Positions 39,932-51,467 of a stretch of 64,000 nt of DNA are shown piece after piece. Positions within the stretch are counted from its first letter, which is position 1; every line of letters starts with the position of its first letter. The DNA comes from Alphaproteobacteria bacterium. Lineage in GTDB: Bacteria > Pseudomonadota > Alphaproteobacteria > JAAXGF01. Position numbers and translations under genes: made by a program. The notes below the pieces were generated by a model, which was not told where the DNA came from, ran no database searches, and was given only the letters and a program-made list of their open reading frames with translations. Location of the stretch: the NCBI GenBank assembly GCA_963555825.3, contig CAUVXB020000002.1, positions 1,824,001 through 1,888,000 on the forward strand, in the 5' to 3' direction.

Positions 39932-40747
39932 ATGTGCCGTTGGCTCGCCTATTCGGGACCACCCATCCATCTCGACCGCCTGCTGTTCGAGCCCGAGAAC
40001 TCGTTGATCCGCCAGAGCCTGTCGTCGCAGCTCGGGCGCAGCGTGACCAACGGCGACGGTTTCGGCGTCGGCTGGTACGCGGGCCAGCCGTTTCCGGGCC
40101 AGTACCGCGACACCTTTCCGGCGTGGAACGACGCCAACCTGCAGAGCCTCGCCGCGCAGATCGAATCGGGGCTGTTCTTCGCCCATGTGCGGGCCACCAC
40201 CGGCACGGCGACGGCGCGTAACAACTGCCACCCGTTCCGCCACGGCGCCTGGCTGTTCATGCACAACGGCCAGATCGGCGATTACCTCAGCGTGCGCCAC
40301 GCGCTCGACCGGCGCATCCGCGACGACCTCTACGCCGCGCGCCAGGGCAACACCGACACCGAGGTGATGTTCCTGCTGGCGCTCGCCAACGGGCTCGAGG
40401 ACGACCCGGCCGGCGCCATGGCCGCGACGGTCGCCGAGATCGAGCAGGTGGTGCGCGATCACGGCTCGAACGCAGCGCTGCGCATGACCGTGGCGGCGAG
40501 CGACGGCGAACGCGTCATCGCCTTCCGCTATTCGACCGACCGCGCTTCGCCGTCGCTGTTCTACATCACCGGCCCGAGCCTCGCCGAACGCATCGGGCGC
40601 GACGCGGCGGGCGCCGTCCTGGTGCTTTCGGAACCACTCGATGAAGCTACGGAAGATTGGATAGAGGTGCCCGACCGACACATGCTGACCGCCCGCGCCG
40701 GCGAGGTCACGTTGGCGCCCTTCGCGCCGGCCACGGCAACACAGTGA
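39932..40747 (+). CDS. Class II glutamine amidotransferase (EgtC/YafJ-like)
   Basis: N-terminal MCR, NGDGFG, HVRA, NCHPF, HNG, TDTE. Confidence 0.9.
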   Translation: MCRWLAYSGPPIHLDRLLFEPENSLIRQSLSSQLGRSVTNGDGFGVGWYAGQPFPGQYRDTFPAWNDANLQSLAAQIESGLFFAHVRATTGTATARNNCHPFRHGAWLFMHNGQIGDYLSVRHALDRRIRDDLYAARQGNTDTEVMFLLALANGLEDDPAGAMAATVAEIEQVVRDHGSNAALRMTVAASDGERVIAFRYSTDRASPSLFYITGPSLAERIGRDAAGAVLVLSEPLDEATEDWIEVPDRHMLTARAGEVTLAPFAPATATQ

Positions 40748-40758
40748 GGGAGGACCGC

Positions 40759-42138
<1,380 letters not shown>

Positions 42139-42171
42139 GTCACGGACGCTTGGCGACGGAAGGCCGTGACC

Positions 42172-42783
42172 ATGAACAAATCCGACCTGGTACGCGCAGG
42201 CTACGATCGGATCGCCAGTCGCTACGACGAGCAGCGCGACAAAGAACACAGTGTCCGATTCCTCGACAGGCTCGACGAGCGGCTCGACGCCGGCAGCCGT
42301 ATTCTCGACCTGGGGTGCGGCGCAGGCGTTCCGGTCGACCGCCATCTGGTCGATCGTGGTCACGACGTGATCGGTCTCGATATCTCCGACGCCATGCTGA
42401 CCCTGGCGCGGCGGAACGTGCCCGAGGCCGACTACATGATCGGCGACATGGGCGCGTTGCGCGAACGGGATTATTCGGTCGACGCCGTTGTCTCGTTCTT
42501 CGCCGTAATCCATGCCGACCGGCGTCGTCACGAGCAGCTCTTCCGGGTCATCCACTCATTCCTGCCGCAGGGCGGGTCGATCCTGGTCACCATGGGCAAA
42601 TCGGATTGGGAGGGCGAGGCGGACTTCCTTGGCGCGCCGATGGCATGGAGCCACTTCGGCCCGGCGACCAACCGCAGGATTATCGAGGATAGTGGCTTTT
42701 CGATCCTCTTCGAGGATATCCACCCGGGCAACTGCCCGGGCGACGACGATGTTCACCCGATCTTCCTCGCCCGGGCACTATGA
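42172..42783 (+). CDS. Class I SAM-dependent methyltransferase
   Basis: ILDLGCGAG, GLDIS..M. Confidence 0.88.
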   Translation: MNKSDLVRAGYDRIASRYDEQRDKEHSVRFLDRLDERLDAGSRILDLGCGAGVPVDRHLVDRGHDVIGLDISDAMLTLARRNVPEADYMIGDMGALRERDYSVDAVVSFFAVIHADRRRHEQLFRVIHSFLPQGGSILVTMGKSDWEGEADFLGAPMAWSHFGPATNRRIIEDSGFSILFEDIHPGNCPGDDDVHPIFLARAL

Positions 42784-42804
42784 CCACCGAGCAACGCTAA
42801 TTTT

Positions 42805-42903
42805 TAAGGGGTCGGACACCTTTATTGTTAGTTTCAGATGCCAAGGTGTCAGACACCTTTGTTCTCGATTATGCTCAAATCCTTAAAAAGGAGTCTGACC
42901 CCT
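42805..42903. repeat. Three REP-like palindromes 5' of the RAYT gene
   Basis: GGGGTCGGACACC, AAGGTGTCAGACACCTT, GGAGTCTGACCCC in AT-rich DNA. Confidence 0.8.
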
Positions 42904-42977
42904 AAATTTCTTGCTGGAATATACGAGGACGTGATAAATGTGGCGCCGATCCGCAGCTGCCCAGAGGAGCGTCCAAC

Positions 42978-43667
42978 ATGGCCCGACAGCCTCGCTTCAA
43001 CATCGCCGACGTGCCCCAGCACGTCATCCAACGCGGCAACAACCGCCAGCCGATCTTCTTCGCCGACGCCGATTACGCGCGCTATCGCGACACCCTCGCG
43101 ACGGCGGCCAAGCGGCACGCCTGCGCGGTCCACGCCTATGTGCTGATGCCCAACCACGTCCACCTGCTGGTGACGCCGCGCCGCCCGGCGTCGGTCGCCA
43201 AGCTGATGCAGTCGCTGGGCGGGCGCTACGTGCGCTACGTCAACGAGACGCACGGGCGCACCGGTACGCTGTGGGAGGGGCGCTACCGCGCCAGCCTGGT
43301 CGACGGCGAGCGCTATCTGCTCGCCTGCATGCGCTACATCGAGCTCAACCCGGTGCGCGCCATGATCGTCGGCGACCCAGCCGACTACCGCTGGTCGAGC
43401 CACCGCCACCACGCGCGCGGCGAAGCCGATGCGGTGATCACCGAACATCCGATTTACGACGCGCTCGGCCCGACCCCCGAGGCGCGGCGGGCGGCCTATC
43501 GGGCGCTCTTCGAGACGGCGCTGGACGAGGGGCTGCTGTCGTCGATCCGCGGCGCGGTCAACCAGGGCCGTGCGGTCGCCGGGCCGCTGTTCCTGGCCGA
43601 CATGGAATCGCGGCTCCAGCGCTCGCTCGCGCCGGCCGGCCGCGGCCGACCCCGGCGCGAAGCGTAA
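42978..43667 (+). CDS. REP-associated tyrosine transposase (RAYT, Y1 HUH family)
   Basis: MARQPR, HVIQRGNNR, LMPNHVHLL (HUH), LWEGRY, YIELNPVRA, YRWSS. Confidence 0.9.
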   Translation: MARQPRFNIADVPQHVIQRGNNRQPIFFADADYARYRDTLATAAKRHACAVHAYVLMPNHVHLLVTPRRPASVAKLMQSLGGRYVRYVNETHGRTGTLWEGRYRASLVDGERYLLACMRYIELNPVRAMIVGDPADYRWSSHRHHARGEADAVITEHPIYDALGPTPEARRAAYRALFETALDEGLLSSIRGAVNQGRAVAGPLFLADMESRLQRSLAPAGRGRPRREA

Positions 43668-43710
43668 GCGCGCCGGCCGGACCCGCGCTCGGGTCAGTTT
43701 CATATTTTAT

Positions 43711-43769
43711 GGGGTCAGACTCCTTTATTAGATCGCTATATCAATAGAATAATGAGGGTCTGACCCCAT
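43711..43769. repeat. REP doublet 3' of the RAYT gene
   Basis: GGGGTCAGACTCC, AT-rich spacer, GAGGGTCTGACCCC. Confidence 0.8.
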
Positions 43770-43819
43770 TAGTTATTGGTTCATGATTTTGATTTGGATC
43801 CGACCAGCGCCAAGCCGCC

Positions 43820-44749
43820 TCAATAGCCCTGGGTCGGGTCGACGGTGTTGATCAGCGGACGGCCGTCTTGCAGGCGGCGGTAGTTCTCGGCGATCTGGTC
43901 GACGCAGCTGCGCGCCAGCGTCACCGACGAGGCATGCGGCGTCACCGTAACGCGTGGATGGTCCCAGAAAGGGCTCTCGTCGGGCAGCGGCTCGGTCTGG
44001 AAGACGTCGAGCGTGGCGCCGGCGATATGGCCGGTCTCGAGCGCCGCGAGCAGGTCGGCCTCGACGACATGGCCGCCGCGCGCGCTGTTGATCAGATAGG
44101 CGCCCGGCTTCATCGCCGAAAACGCCGCCGCGTCGAGCATGCCACGCGTCTCGGCGGTCAGCGGCAACAGACAGCAGACGACGTCGCAGGGGCTGAGGAA
44201 CGCGGCCAGCGCCGCGCGGCCGGCGAAGCCGTCGACGCCGGCGATATCCTTGGCCGTCCGGCTCCAGCCCGAGACCCGAAAGCCGAGCGCGACGAGCTTC
44301 TCGGCGACGTCGCCGCCGAGCGCGCCGAGGCCGAGCACGCCGATGCGCGTCTCGCCCGGATCGTAGGGCTCGAGCGGCTGCCAGCGGCGCTCGATCTGCA
44401 ATGCCGCGTAGCCTGCCATGCGACAGAGATGGCGCAGCACCGCGCCGACCACGTAGGCCGTCATCTGGCGGCGCATCGAGTCGTCGACCAAGCGGCAGAC
44501 CGCGACGCCCTCGGGCAGGTCGCCGTGCAGGAACAGGTGATCGACCCCCTGGCCGAGCGAGTAGACCAGCCGCAGGTTGGGCAGCGAGGCGATCGCGCCC
44601 TCGGGCGCCTTCCAGGCCATCGCCATGTCGATCTCGCCGGCGTCGCCGACGTCGGGCCAGTTGCGCAGCTCGACGCCGGGCAGATGCTCGGCGATCAGCC
44701 CGCACCAGGTCTCGAAGTCCTGGCTCTTGGCGATCAGAACGATGGCCAT
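43820..44749 (-). CDS. ghrA: Glyoxylate/hydroxypyruvate reductase A-like dehydrogenase
   Basis: GQGVDHL, GLGALG, GWSRT, LPLT, ARG, EPLP, TPH. Confidence 0.82.
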   Translation of the reverse strand: MAIVLIAKSQDFETWCGLIAEHLPGVELRNWPDVGDAGEIDMAMAWKAPEGAIASLPNLRLVYSLGQGVDHLFLHGDLPEGVAVCRLVDDSMRRQMTAYVVGAVLRHLCRMAGYAALQIERRWQPLEPYDPGETRIGVLGLGALGGDVAEKLVALGFRVSGWSRTAKDIAGVDGFAGRAALAAFLSPCDVVCCLLPLTAETRGMLDAAAFSAMKPGAYLINSARGGHVVEADLLAALETGHIAGATLDVFQTEPLPDESPFWDHPRVTVTPHASSVTLARSCVDQIAENYRRLQDGRPLINTVDPTQGY

Positions 44750-44769
44750 CGGATGATCCTCGCCGTTGC

Positions 44770-46392
44770 TTACATGCCGACGACGCCCGACTCGTCGGCC
44801 TCGAGGTCGAGGGCGGCGGCCAGCAGCGCGCGGGTATAGGGGTGCTGGGGATCGGCGAACAACGCCTCGGCCGGGCCCTGCTCGACCATCTTGCCGTCGT
44901 GCAGCACGACGATGTCGTGGCTCATTGCGCGCACGACGCGCAGGTCGTGGCTGATGAACAGATAGGCGAGCCGGTGGCGGCGCTGCAGTTCGCGCAGCAG
45001 ATCGACGATCTGCGCCTGGACCGAGACGTCGAGCGCCGAGGTCGGCTCGTCGAGCACGATGAAGCGGGGTTTGAGGGCGAGCGCGCGGGCGATCGCGACG
45101 CGCTGGCGCTGGCCGCCCGAGAATTCGTGCGGATAGCGGTCGCGCGTCGCCGGATCGAGGCCGACCTCGACCAGCGCCTCGTCGATCAGCGCGCGGCGCG
45201 CGTCCTCGTCGCCGCCCAGGCCGTGGACGACCAGGCCTTCCTCGATGATCTGGCCGATCGAGAGCCGCGGGCTCAGCGATGCGAACGGGTCCTGGAAGAC
45301 GATCTGCATCTCGCGGCGCAACGGCCGCATCGCCTTGAAGCTGAGCCCCTGGATGTCGCGTCCGGCGAATGTGATCGACCCCGCGCTGCGCTCGAGACGC
45401 AGCAGCGCCAAGCCGAGCGTCGTCTTGCCCGAGCCCGATTCGCCGACCACGCCGACGGTGTGGCCCTCGCGCACATCGATCGTGACGCCGTCGACCGCGC
45501 GCACGTGATCGACCGTGCGCCGCAGCACGCCGGCCTTGACCGGGAAGTGGACCTTGAGATCAGTGCAGGCGATGACCGGCGCGGCGTCGGCCGGCGCCGG
45601 TTCGGGCGCGCCCTTGGGCTCGGTCGCCAGCAGGTGGCGGGTGTAGGCGTGCTGGGGGTTCTCGAAGACCGTCTCGACGGCGCCCTGCTCGACGATCTCG
45701 CCGGCCTGCATGACGTAGACCCGTTCGGCCATCTTGCGCACGATCGTCAGGTCGTGGGTGATTAGCAGCAGCCCCATCCGCGTCTCGCGCTGGAGGTCCT
45801 TGAGGAGCTTGAGGATCTGCGCTTGGATCGTGACGTCGACCGCGGTGGTCGGCTCGTCGGCGATCAGAACGGCGGGTTCGTTGGCCAGCGCCATGGCGAT
45901 CATGACGCGCTGGCGCTGGCCGCCCGAGAGCTGATGCGGGTAGCTCGCGAGAATGCGCTGGGTGTCGCGCAGGCCGACCATGTTTATCAGCTCGATGGTG
46001 CGCGCGCGCGCTGCGCGGGGCGTCAGGCCCTGGTGCAGCAGCAGCGTCTCGTTGATCTGCTTCTCGACCTTGTGCAGCGGGTTGAGCGAGGTCATCGGCT
46101 CCTGGAAGACCATCGAGACGCCGCCGCCGCGCACGTCGCGCAGCACGCCCGCGGGCGCGCCGATCATGTCGCGCCCGTCGACCGTGATCCGGCCGCTCGG
46201 GTGGCTCGCCAGCGGATAGGGCAGGAGCTGCAGCACCGAGAGCGCGGTGACCGACTTGCCCGAGCCCGATTCGCCGACCAGCGCGACCGTCTCGCCGCGA
46301 TCGACGTCGAGGTCTATACCGCGCACCGCCAGGACTTCCTTGCCGGCGGCGGTGAAGATGACGCGGAGGTCGCGGATCTCGAGATAGCTCAT
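44770..46392 (-). CDS. yejF: Peptide ABC transporter dual-ATPase subunit
   Basis: Two ABC domains (GESGSGKS, GESGSGKT); yej operon context. Confidence 0.85.
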   Translation of the reverse strand: MSYLEIRDLRVIFTAAGKEVLAVRGIDLDVDRGETVALVGESGSGKSVTALSVLQLLPYPLASHPSGRITVDGRDMIGAPAGVLRDVRGGGVSMVFQEPMTSLNPLHKVEKQINETLLLHQGLTPRAARARTIELINMVGLRDTQRILASYPHQLSGGQRQRVMIAMALANEPAVLIADEPTTAVDVTIQAQILKLLKDLQRETRMGLLLITHDLTIVRKMAERVYVMQAGEIVEQGAVETVFENPQHAYTRHLLATEPKGAPEPAPADAAPVIACTDLKVHFPVKAGVLRRTVDHVRAVDGVTIDVREGHTVGVVGESGSGKTTLGLALLRLERSAGSITFAGRDIQGLSFKAMRPLRREMQIVFQDPFASLSPRLSIGQIIEEGLVVHGLGGDEDARRALIDEALVEVGLDPATRDRYPHEFSGGQRQRVAIARALALKPRFIVLDEPTSALDVSVQAQIVDLLRELQRRHRLAYLFISHDLRVVRAMSHDIVVLHDGKMVEQGPAEALFADPQHPYTRALLAAALDLEADESGVVGM

Positions 46393-46402
46393 CGCCCGGC
46401 CC

Positions 46403-47452
46403 TCAGCCGACCGTCTTGCGTGGGTCGAAGGCATCGCGCACCGCCTCGCCGATGAAGATCAACAGGCTCAGCATGATCGCCAGCACGAAGAAGGCGGCGA
46501 GCCCGAGCCACGGCGCCTGGATGTTGGCCTTGCCCTGCTGCAACAACTCGCCGAGCGAAGGCGAGCCCGGCGGCAGGCCGAAGCCGAGAAAGTCGAGCGC
46601 CGTGAGCAACACCACCGAGCCGGAGAGGATGAAGGGCAGAAATGTCAGGGTCGCCACCATGGCGTTAGGCAGCATATGGCGGAACATGATCGCCGTGTTG
46701 CTGACCCCGAGAGCGCGGGCGGCGCGCACGTAGTCGAGGTTGCGGGCGCGCAGGAATTCGGCGCGCACCACGCCGACCAGGCCCATCCAGCTGAACATCA
46801 GCATGAGGCCGAGCAGCCACCAGAAATTGGGCTCGACGACCGAGGCCATGATGATCAGCAAATAGAGCATGGGCAGCCCCGACCAGATCTCGATGAAGCG
46901 CTGGAACAACAGGTCGAGCCAGCCGCCGAAGAAGCCCTGCACCGCGCCGGCGGAGACGCCGACGATCGAGCTGAACAGGGTCAGCACCAGACCGAACAGC
47001 ACCGAAATGCGGAAGCCGTAGATCAGCCGCGCGACGACGTCGCGGCCCTGGTCGTCGGTGCCCAGCCAATTCTCGGCGCTGGGCGGCGAGGGCGCCGGGG
47101 TGGGCAGGTCGAAGTTGATGGTTGAGGCGCCATAGCGGATCGGTGGCCAGATCATCCAGCCCTTGGCTTCGATCAGCTCGATGACGAACGGGTCGCGGTA
47201 GTCGGCTTCGGTGGCAAAGTCGCCGCCGAACATGGTCTCGGGATAGACCGCGAGGACGGGGGCGTAGAAGGCGCCGTCGAAGCGCACCAGCAACGGCCGG
47301 TCGTTGGCGATCAGTTCGGCGAACAGGCTGGTGAAGAACAGCGCCAAGAATATCCAGAGCGACCAATAGCCCCGCTTGTTGGCGCGGAAGTTGTAGAGCC
47401 TGCGCCGGGTCAACGGGGTCATGCGAAAACCGAATGCCGCGCCGTCCGCCAT
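46403..47452 (-). CDS. yejE: Peptide ABC permease
   Basis: NKRGYWSL, LGTDDQGRDV, EAVRDAFDPRK. Confidence 0.9.
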   Translation of the reverse strand: MADGAAFGFRMTPLTRRRLYNFRANKRGYWSLWIFLALFFTSLFAELIANDRPLLVRFDGAFYAPVLAVYPETMFGGDFATEADYRDPFVIELIEAKGWMIWPPIRYGASTINFDLPTPAPSPPSAENWLGTDDQGRDVVARLIYGFRISVLFGLVLTLFSSIVGVSAGAVQGFFGGWLDLLFQRFIEIWSGLPMLYLLIIMASVVEPNFWWLLGLMLMFSWMGLVGVVRAEFLRARNLDYVRAARALGVSNTAIMFRHMLPNAMVATLTFLPFILSGSVVLLTALDFLGFGLPPGSPSLGELLQQGKANIQAPWLGLAAFFVLAIMLSLLIFIGEAVRDAFDPRKTVG

Positions 47453-47455
47453 TGC

Positions 47456-48568
47456 TCAGACCTCCCGCGCCTCGAAGTCGATACGCGGATCGACCACCGT
47501 GTACACGAGATCGCCGATCAGCTGCATGACCAGACCCAGCACCGTGAAGAAGAACAATGTGCCGAACATGATCGGGTAGTCGCGGTTGATCGCCGCCTCG
47601 AAGCCGAGCAGGCCGAGGCCGTCGAGCGAGAAGATGACCTCGATCAACAGCGAGCCGGTGAACAGGATACCGATGAAGGCGCTGGGGAAGCCGGCGATGA
47701 CGATAAGCATGGCGTTGCGGAAGACATGGCCGTACAGCACCCGGTGTTCGGCCAGGCCCTTGGCGCGCGCGGTGACCACGTATTGCTTGTTGATCTCGTC
47801 GAGAAACGAGTTCTTGGTCAGCATGGTCAGAGTCGCGAAGCCGCCGATGACCAGGGCCAGGATCGGCAGGGCGATGTGCCAGAAATAGTCGGCGATGCGC
47901 GCCGGCCAGCTCATGGCGTCCCAATCGGGCGAGGTCAGCCCGCGCAGCGGGAACCAGTCGAGGTAGCTGCCCCCGGCGAACACCACGATCAGCAAAATGG
48001 CGAACAGGAAACTCGGGATGGCGTTGCCGACGATGATGACGCCCGACGTCCAGATGTCGAAGCGCGAGCCGTCGCGTACCGCCTTGGCGACGCCCAGCGG
48101 GATCGAGATCAGGTAAACCAGCAGCGTCGTCCACAGGCCGATGGAAATCGACACCGGCATCTTCTCGATGACCAGATCGACGACCTTGCGGTCGCGGAAA
48201 TAACTGGTGCCGAAGTCGAACCGCAGATAGTTGCCGATCATCAGGAAGAACCGCTCGTGCAGCGGCTTGTCGAAGCCGAACTGACGCTCGATCTCGGCGA
48301 TGAACTCGGGGTCGAGCCCCTGGGCGCCGCGGTACTTGCCGACGGTGCCGCCTTCGGCCACCCCCTTGGTCGCCGGGGCGGCGCCGGAATCGTCCTGCGC
48401 GCCCGAGCCGAACCGCGCCGTGGCCTCGACGCCGGTACCCTGGATCTGGGCGATCAATTGTTCGACCGGCCCGCCAGGGGCGAGCTGCACGATGGCGAAA
48501 TTGACCACCATGATGCCGAACAGGGTCGGGATGATCAGCAGCAACCGCCGGATGATATATGCCAGCAT
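47456..48568 (-). CDS. yejB: Peptide ABC permease
   Basis: [36 protein letters not shown]. Confidence 0.92.
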   Translation of the reverse strand: MLAYIIRRLLLIIPTLFGIMVVNFAIVQLAPGGPVEQLIAQIQGTGVEATARFGSGAQDDSGAAPATKGVAEGGTVGKYRGAQGLDPEFIAEIERQFGFDKPLHERFFLMIGNYLRFDFGTSYFRDRKVVDLVIEKMPVSISIGLWTTLLVYLISIPLGVAKAVRDGSRFDIWTSGVIIVGNAIPSFLFAILLIVVFAGGSYLDWFPLRGLTSPDWDAMSWPARIADYFWHIALPILALVIGGFATLTMLTKNSFLDEINKQYVVTARAKGLAEHRVLYGHVFRNAMLIVIAGFPSAFIGILFTGSLLIEVIFSLDGLGLLGFEAAINRDYPIMFGTLFFFTVLGLVMQLIGDLVYTVVDPRIDFEAREV

Positions 48569-48605
48569 TGCCGCTATCCAGACGAGTGGGTTCTATCCAC
48601 TAGAG

Positions 48606-50453
48606 TCATTGCGCCGCGGCCGAGGTCTCGCGATCGGCGAGGGCCGCCGCCAGGGCCGGGTCGATCCACCAGCTGTCGAAACCGAGACTGTATTTCGGTG
48701 TGATCGCGGGTCGGGCGAACTTGTTCCAGTAGGCCACGCGGAAGTACCGGATGTGCCAGTGGGGAACGACGTAGTGGCCCCACAGCAGCACCCGGTCGAG
48801 CGCCCGGGCGGCGGCGATCAGGCTGTCGCGGTCGGCGGCGGCGATGAGCGTTTCGACCAGGGCGTCGACCACCGGGTCCTTGATGCCGGCGAGGTTGCGG
48901 CTGCCTGGTGTGTCGGCGGCGGTCGTCGTCCAATAGTTGTTCTGCTCGTTGCCCGGCGACAGGGACTGGCCAACGCTGAGGACGATGACGTCGAAGTCGA
49001 ACTGGTCGAGCCGTTGCTGGTACTGCGATGAGTCGACCAGCCTGATCTTGGTGGTGACGCCGAGCTTCTCGAGGTTCTTGACGAAGGGCGCGATGACCCG
49101 TTCGAACAGCGGCGAGACGATCAGGAACTCGATCTCGAGGGGCTCGCCGCCGGAGCCAACAAGTCTCGTGTCCTCGACCGTCCAGCCGGCCTCGCCCAGC
49201 AGCTTGAACGCGGTACGCAGGTTGCGCCGCGCGCTGCCCGATCCGTCGGTCTCCGGCGGCGCGAAAACCTCGCTGAAGACCTCGGGCGGCAACTGGTCGC
49301 GAAAGGGCTCGAGCAGCGCCAGCTCGGCGCCTTCCGGCAGGCCCGACGACGCCAGCTCCGAGTTCGAGAAGTAGCTCGTCGTCCTGGTATAGGCGCCGTT
49401 GAACAGGTTCTTGTTTGTCCATTCGAAGTCGAACGCGTAACCCAGCGCCTGGCGCAGGCGGCGGTCGGCGAACTTGGCCCGCCGCGTGTTGAAGACGAAG
49501 CCCTGCATGCCCGTCGGCATGCTGTGGCCGATCTCCTCTTTGACGACCAGCCCGTCGTCGAAGGCCGGCCCTTGGTAGGCGGTGGCCCACACCTTCGAGG
49601 CATTCTCTCTGCGGAAGTCGTACTCGTGGGCCTTGAACGCCTCCATGGCAACGGTCGGGTCGCGGTAATAGTCGTAGCGCAGGATGTCGAAATTGTCCTG
49701 GCCGCGCCGCGCGGGAATGTCGGCGCCCCAGTAGTCCGCGACGCGGGCGTAGGTGATCGAACGGCCTGGATCGACGCTCTCGATCCGGTAGGGGCCGCTG
49801 CCAAGCGGCGGTTCCAGGGACGTCTTCTCGAAGTCGTTGGCGGTGTAATAGGCCTTCGAGATGATCGGCAGCTCACCGATAATCAGCGGCAGTTCGCGAT
49901 TAACGCCGTCGGCAAAAGTGAACTTGACCTTGCGCTCGCCGACCTTCTCGGCCGCCACCACGTCGCCGTAATAGGCGCGGTAGAACGGGTGGCCCTTGGT
50001 CTTGATCGTCTCCAAGGAGAAAATGACGTCCTCGACGGTGACCGGCGCGCCGTCGTGCCAGCGCGCCTCCGGGCGCAGGATGAAGGCCACCCACGAGCGG
50101 TCTTCGGGAATTTCCACGGTCTCGGCGAGCAGGCCGTACTGGGAAAACGCCTCGTCTTGCGAACCGGTCATCAGGGTCTCGAACAGCCGGCCGATGCCGA
50201 CCGCCGGCTGGCCCTTGAGGATGAAGGGATTGAGGCTGTCGAAGCTGCCGTTGGCCTGCAGCCGGACCTCGCCACCCTTGGGAGCATCCGGATTGACGTA
50301 GTCGAAATGCGTGAAACCGGGGCCGTATTTGAGGTCGCCGTGCATCGCCACGCCGTGGCCCACGTACACTTCCTGCGCGGCGCCGGGCGGAGCGGCGGCG
50401 AGCAGCAGGAGGGCGGCGGCGAGGGCGCTGGCAAGACGCATGGTCGGTCTCAT
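48606..50453 (-). CDS. yejA: Peptide ABC substrate-binding protein
   Basis: HFDYVNPDAPKGG, FDSLNPF, LGSGPY, AFDFEW. Confidence 0.9.
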   Translation of the reverse strand: MRPTMRLASALAAALLLLAAAPPGAAQEVYVGHGVAMHGDLKYGPGFTHFDYVNPDAPKGGEVRLQANGSFDSLNPFILKGQPAVGIGRLFETLMTGSQDEAFSQYGLLAETVEIPEDRSWVAFILRPEARWHDGAPVTVEDVIFSLETIKTKGHPFYRAYYGDVVAAEKVGERKVKFTFADGVNRELPLIIGELPIISKAYYTANDFEKTSLEPPLGSGPYRIESVDPGRSITYARVADYWGADIPARRGQDNFDILRYDYYRDPTVAMEAFKAHEYDFRRENASKVWATAYQGPAFDDGLVVKEEIGHSMPTGMQGFVFNTRRAKFADRRLRQALGYAFDFEWTNKNLFNGAYTRTTSYFSNSELASSGLPEGAELALLEPFRDQLPPEVFSEVFAPPETDGSGSARRNLRTAFKLLGEAGWTVEDTRLVGSGGEPLEIEFLIVSPLFERVIAPFVKNLEKLGVTTKIRLVDSSQYQQRLDQFDFDVIVLSVGQSLSPGNEQNNYWTTTAADTPGSRNLAGIKDPVVDALVETLIAAADRDSLIAAARALDRVLLWGHYVVPHWHIRYFRVAYWNKFARPAITPKYSLGFDSWWIDPALAAALADRETSAAAQ

Positions 50454-50539
50454 GGGCGGTGGTCCCGGATCATGTGGTTCTGCTTCGAATCTAGTTGCTC
50501 GTTGGTATTACGACAACCACCCCGGTCGCGGTCGCCGCG

Positions 50540-51319
50540 TCACCCCTCGAGCAGTGCCAGCGCGGCGGCATGCGCCGCCGGGTCGCCGGCGGCCAGCATG
50601 CGCGGGCCCGAGGTGAGGGTCAGCGGCCGGCCTTCCCAGTCGGTCATGACGCCGCCGGCGCCCTCGATCACGGGCAAAATCGGGCAAAAGTCGTGTGGGT
50701 GGACGCTGGTCTCGATTCCGAGGTCGATGAAGCCGTTGGCGACCAAGCCGAAGCCGTATGAATCGACACCGTACTGTGTCCAGTTGACGGCGTCGCGCAA
50801 GCGCTCGAACGCGGCCTTGTCGGCGCCCTCGTAATAGGCCGGGTTCGACGTGCAGATCAGCGCGTCAGCGAGCCGGGCACAGGGCCGCGTACGCACCGGG
50901 GCGCCGTTGAACGTCGTCGGCCGGCCGGCGGCGCCGAGCCAGCGGTCGCCGGAAATCGGCTGATCGATGACGCCGAGCACCGGCACGCCGCCCCGGGTCA
51001 GCGCGATCAGCGTGGTGAACAGCGGGATGCCGCCGATGAACAGCTGGGTGCCGTCGATCGGGTCGATCACCCAGACGTGCTCTGCGTCCTCGTTGACGTT
51101 GTCGAGCTCCTCGCCGACCACGCCGTGGCTTGGATACGCGTCGGCGATCATCTCGCGCAACCGCGTCTCGACGGCCCGGTCGGCCTCGGTGACCGGGCTC
51201 GTGTCGCCCTTGTAGGCGACGTCGATGGGCCGTTGGAAGTAGGGCGCGACGACCGCGCGGGCGGCGTCGGCGAGCCGCTCGGCGAAGGCGATCAACGCGC
51301 TGTCCGGGCTGTCGTTCAT
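50540..51319 (-). CDS. hisN: Inositol monophosphatase family, histidinol-phosphatase-like
   Basis: SPVTEADR, GEE, WVIDPIDGT, GAGG.MTDW.G. Confidence 0.75.
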   Translation of the reverse strand: MNDSPDSALIAFAERLADAARAVVAPYFQRPIDVAYKGDTSPVTEADRAVETRLREMIADAYPSHGVVGEELDNVNEDAEHVWVIDPIDGTQLFIGGIPLFTTLIALTRGGVPVLGVIDQPISGDRWLGAAGRPTTFNGAPVRTRPCARLADALICTSNPAYYEGADKAAFERLRDAVNWTQYGVDSYGFGLVANGFIDLGIETSVHPHDFCPILPVIEGAGGVMTDWEGRPLTLTSGPRMLAAGDPAAHAAALALLEG

Positions 51320-51467
51320 GGCGCGCGAGTGTGCCTGCTCGCGCACCGGAAGGAAAGCGCCCAGGACGCGCCGCGAAATTCTTGTTGCGCGCGCCGTCGC
51401 GCGCGGGAAATATGCCCGCCACGCCGCGCCGGACGCGGTCATGCGGATGGCTATGAGGAGAAATGGC

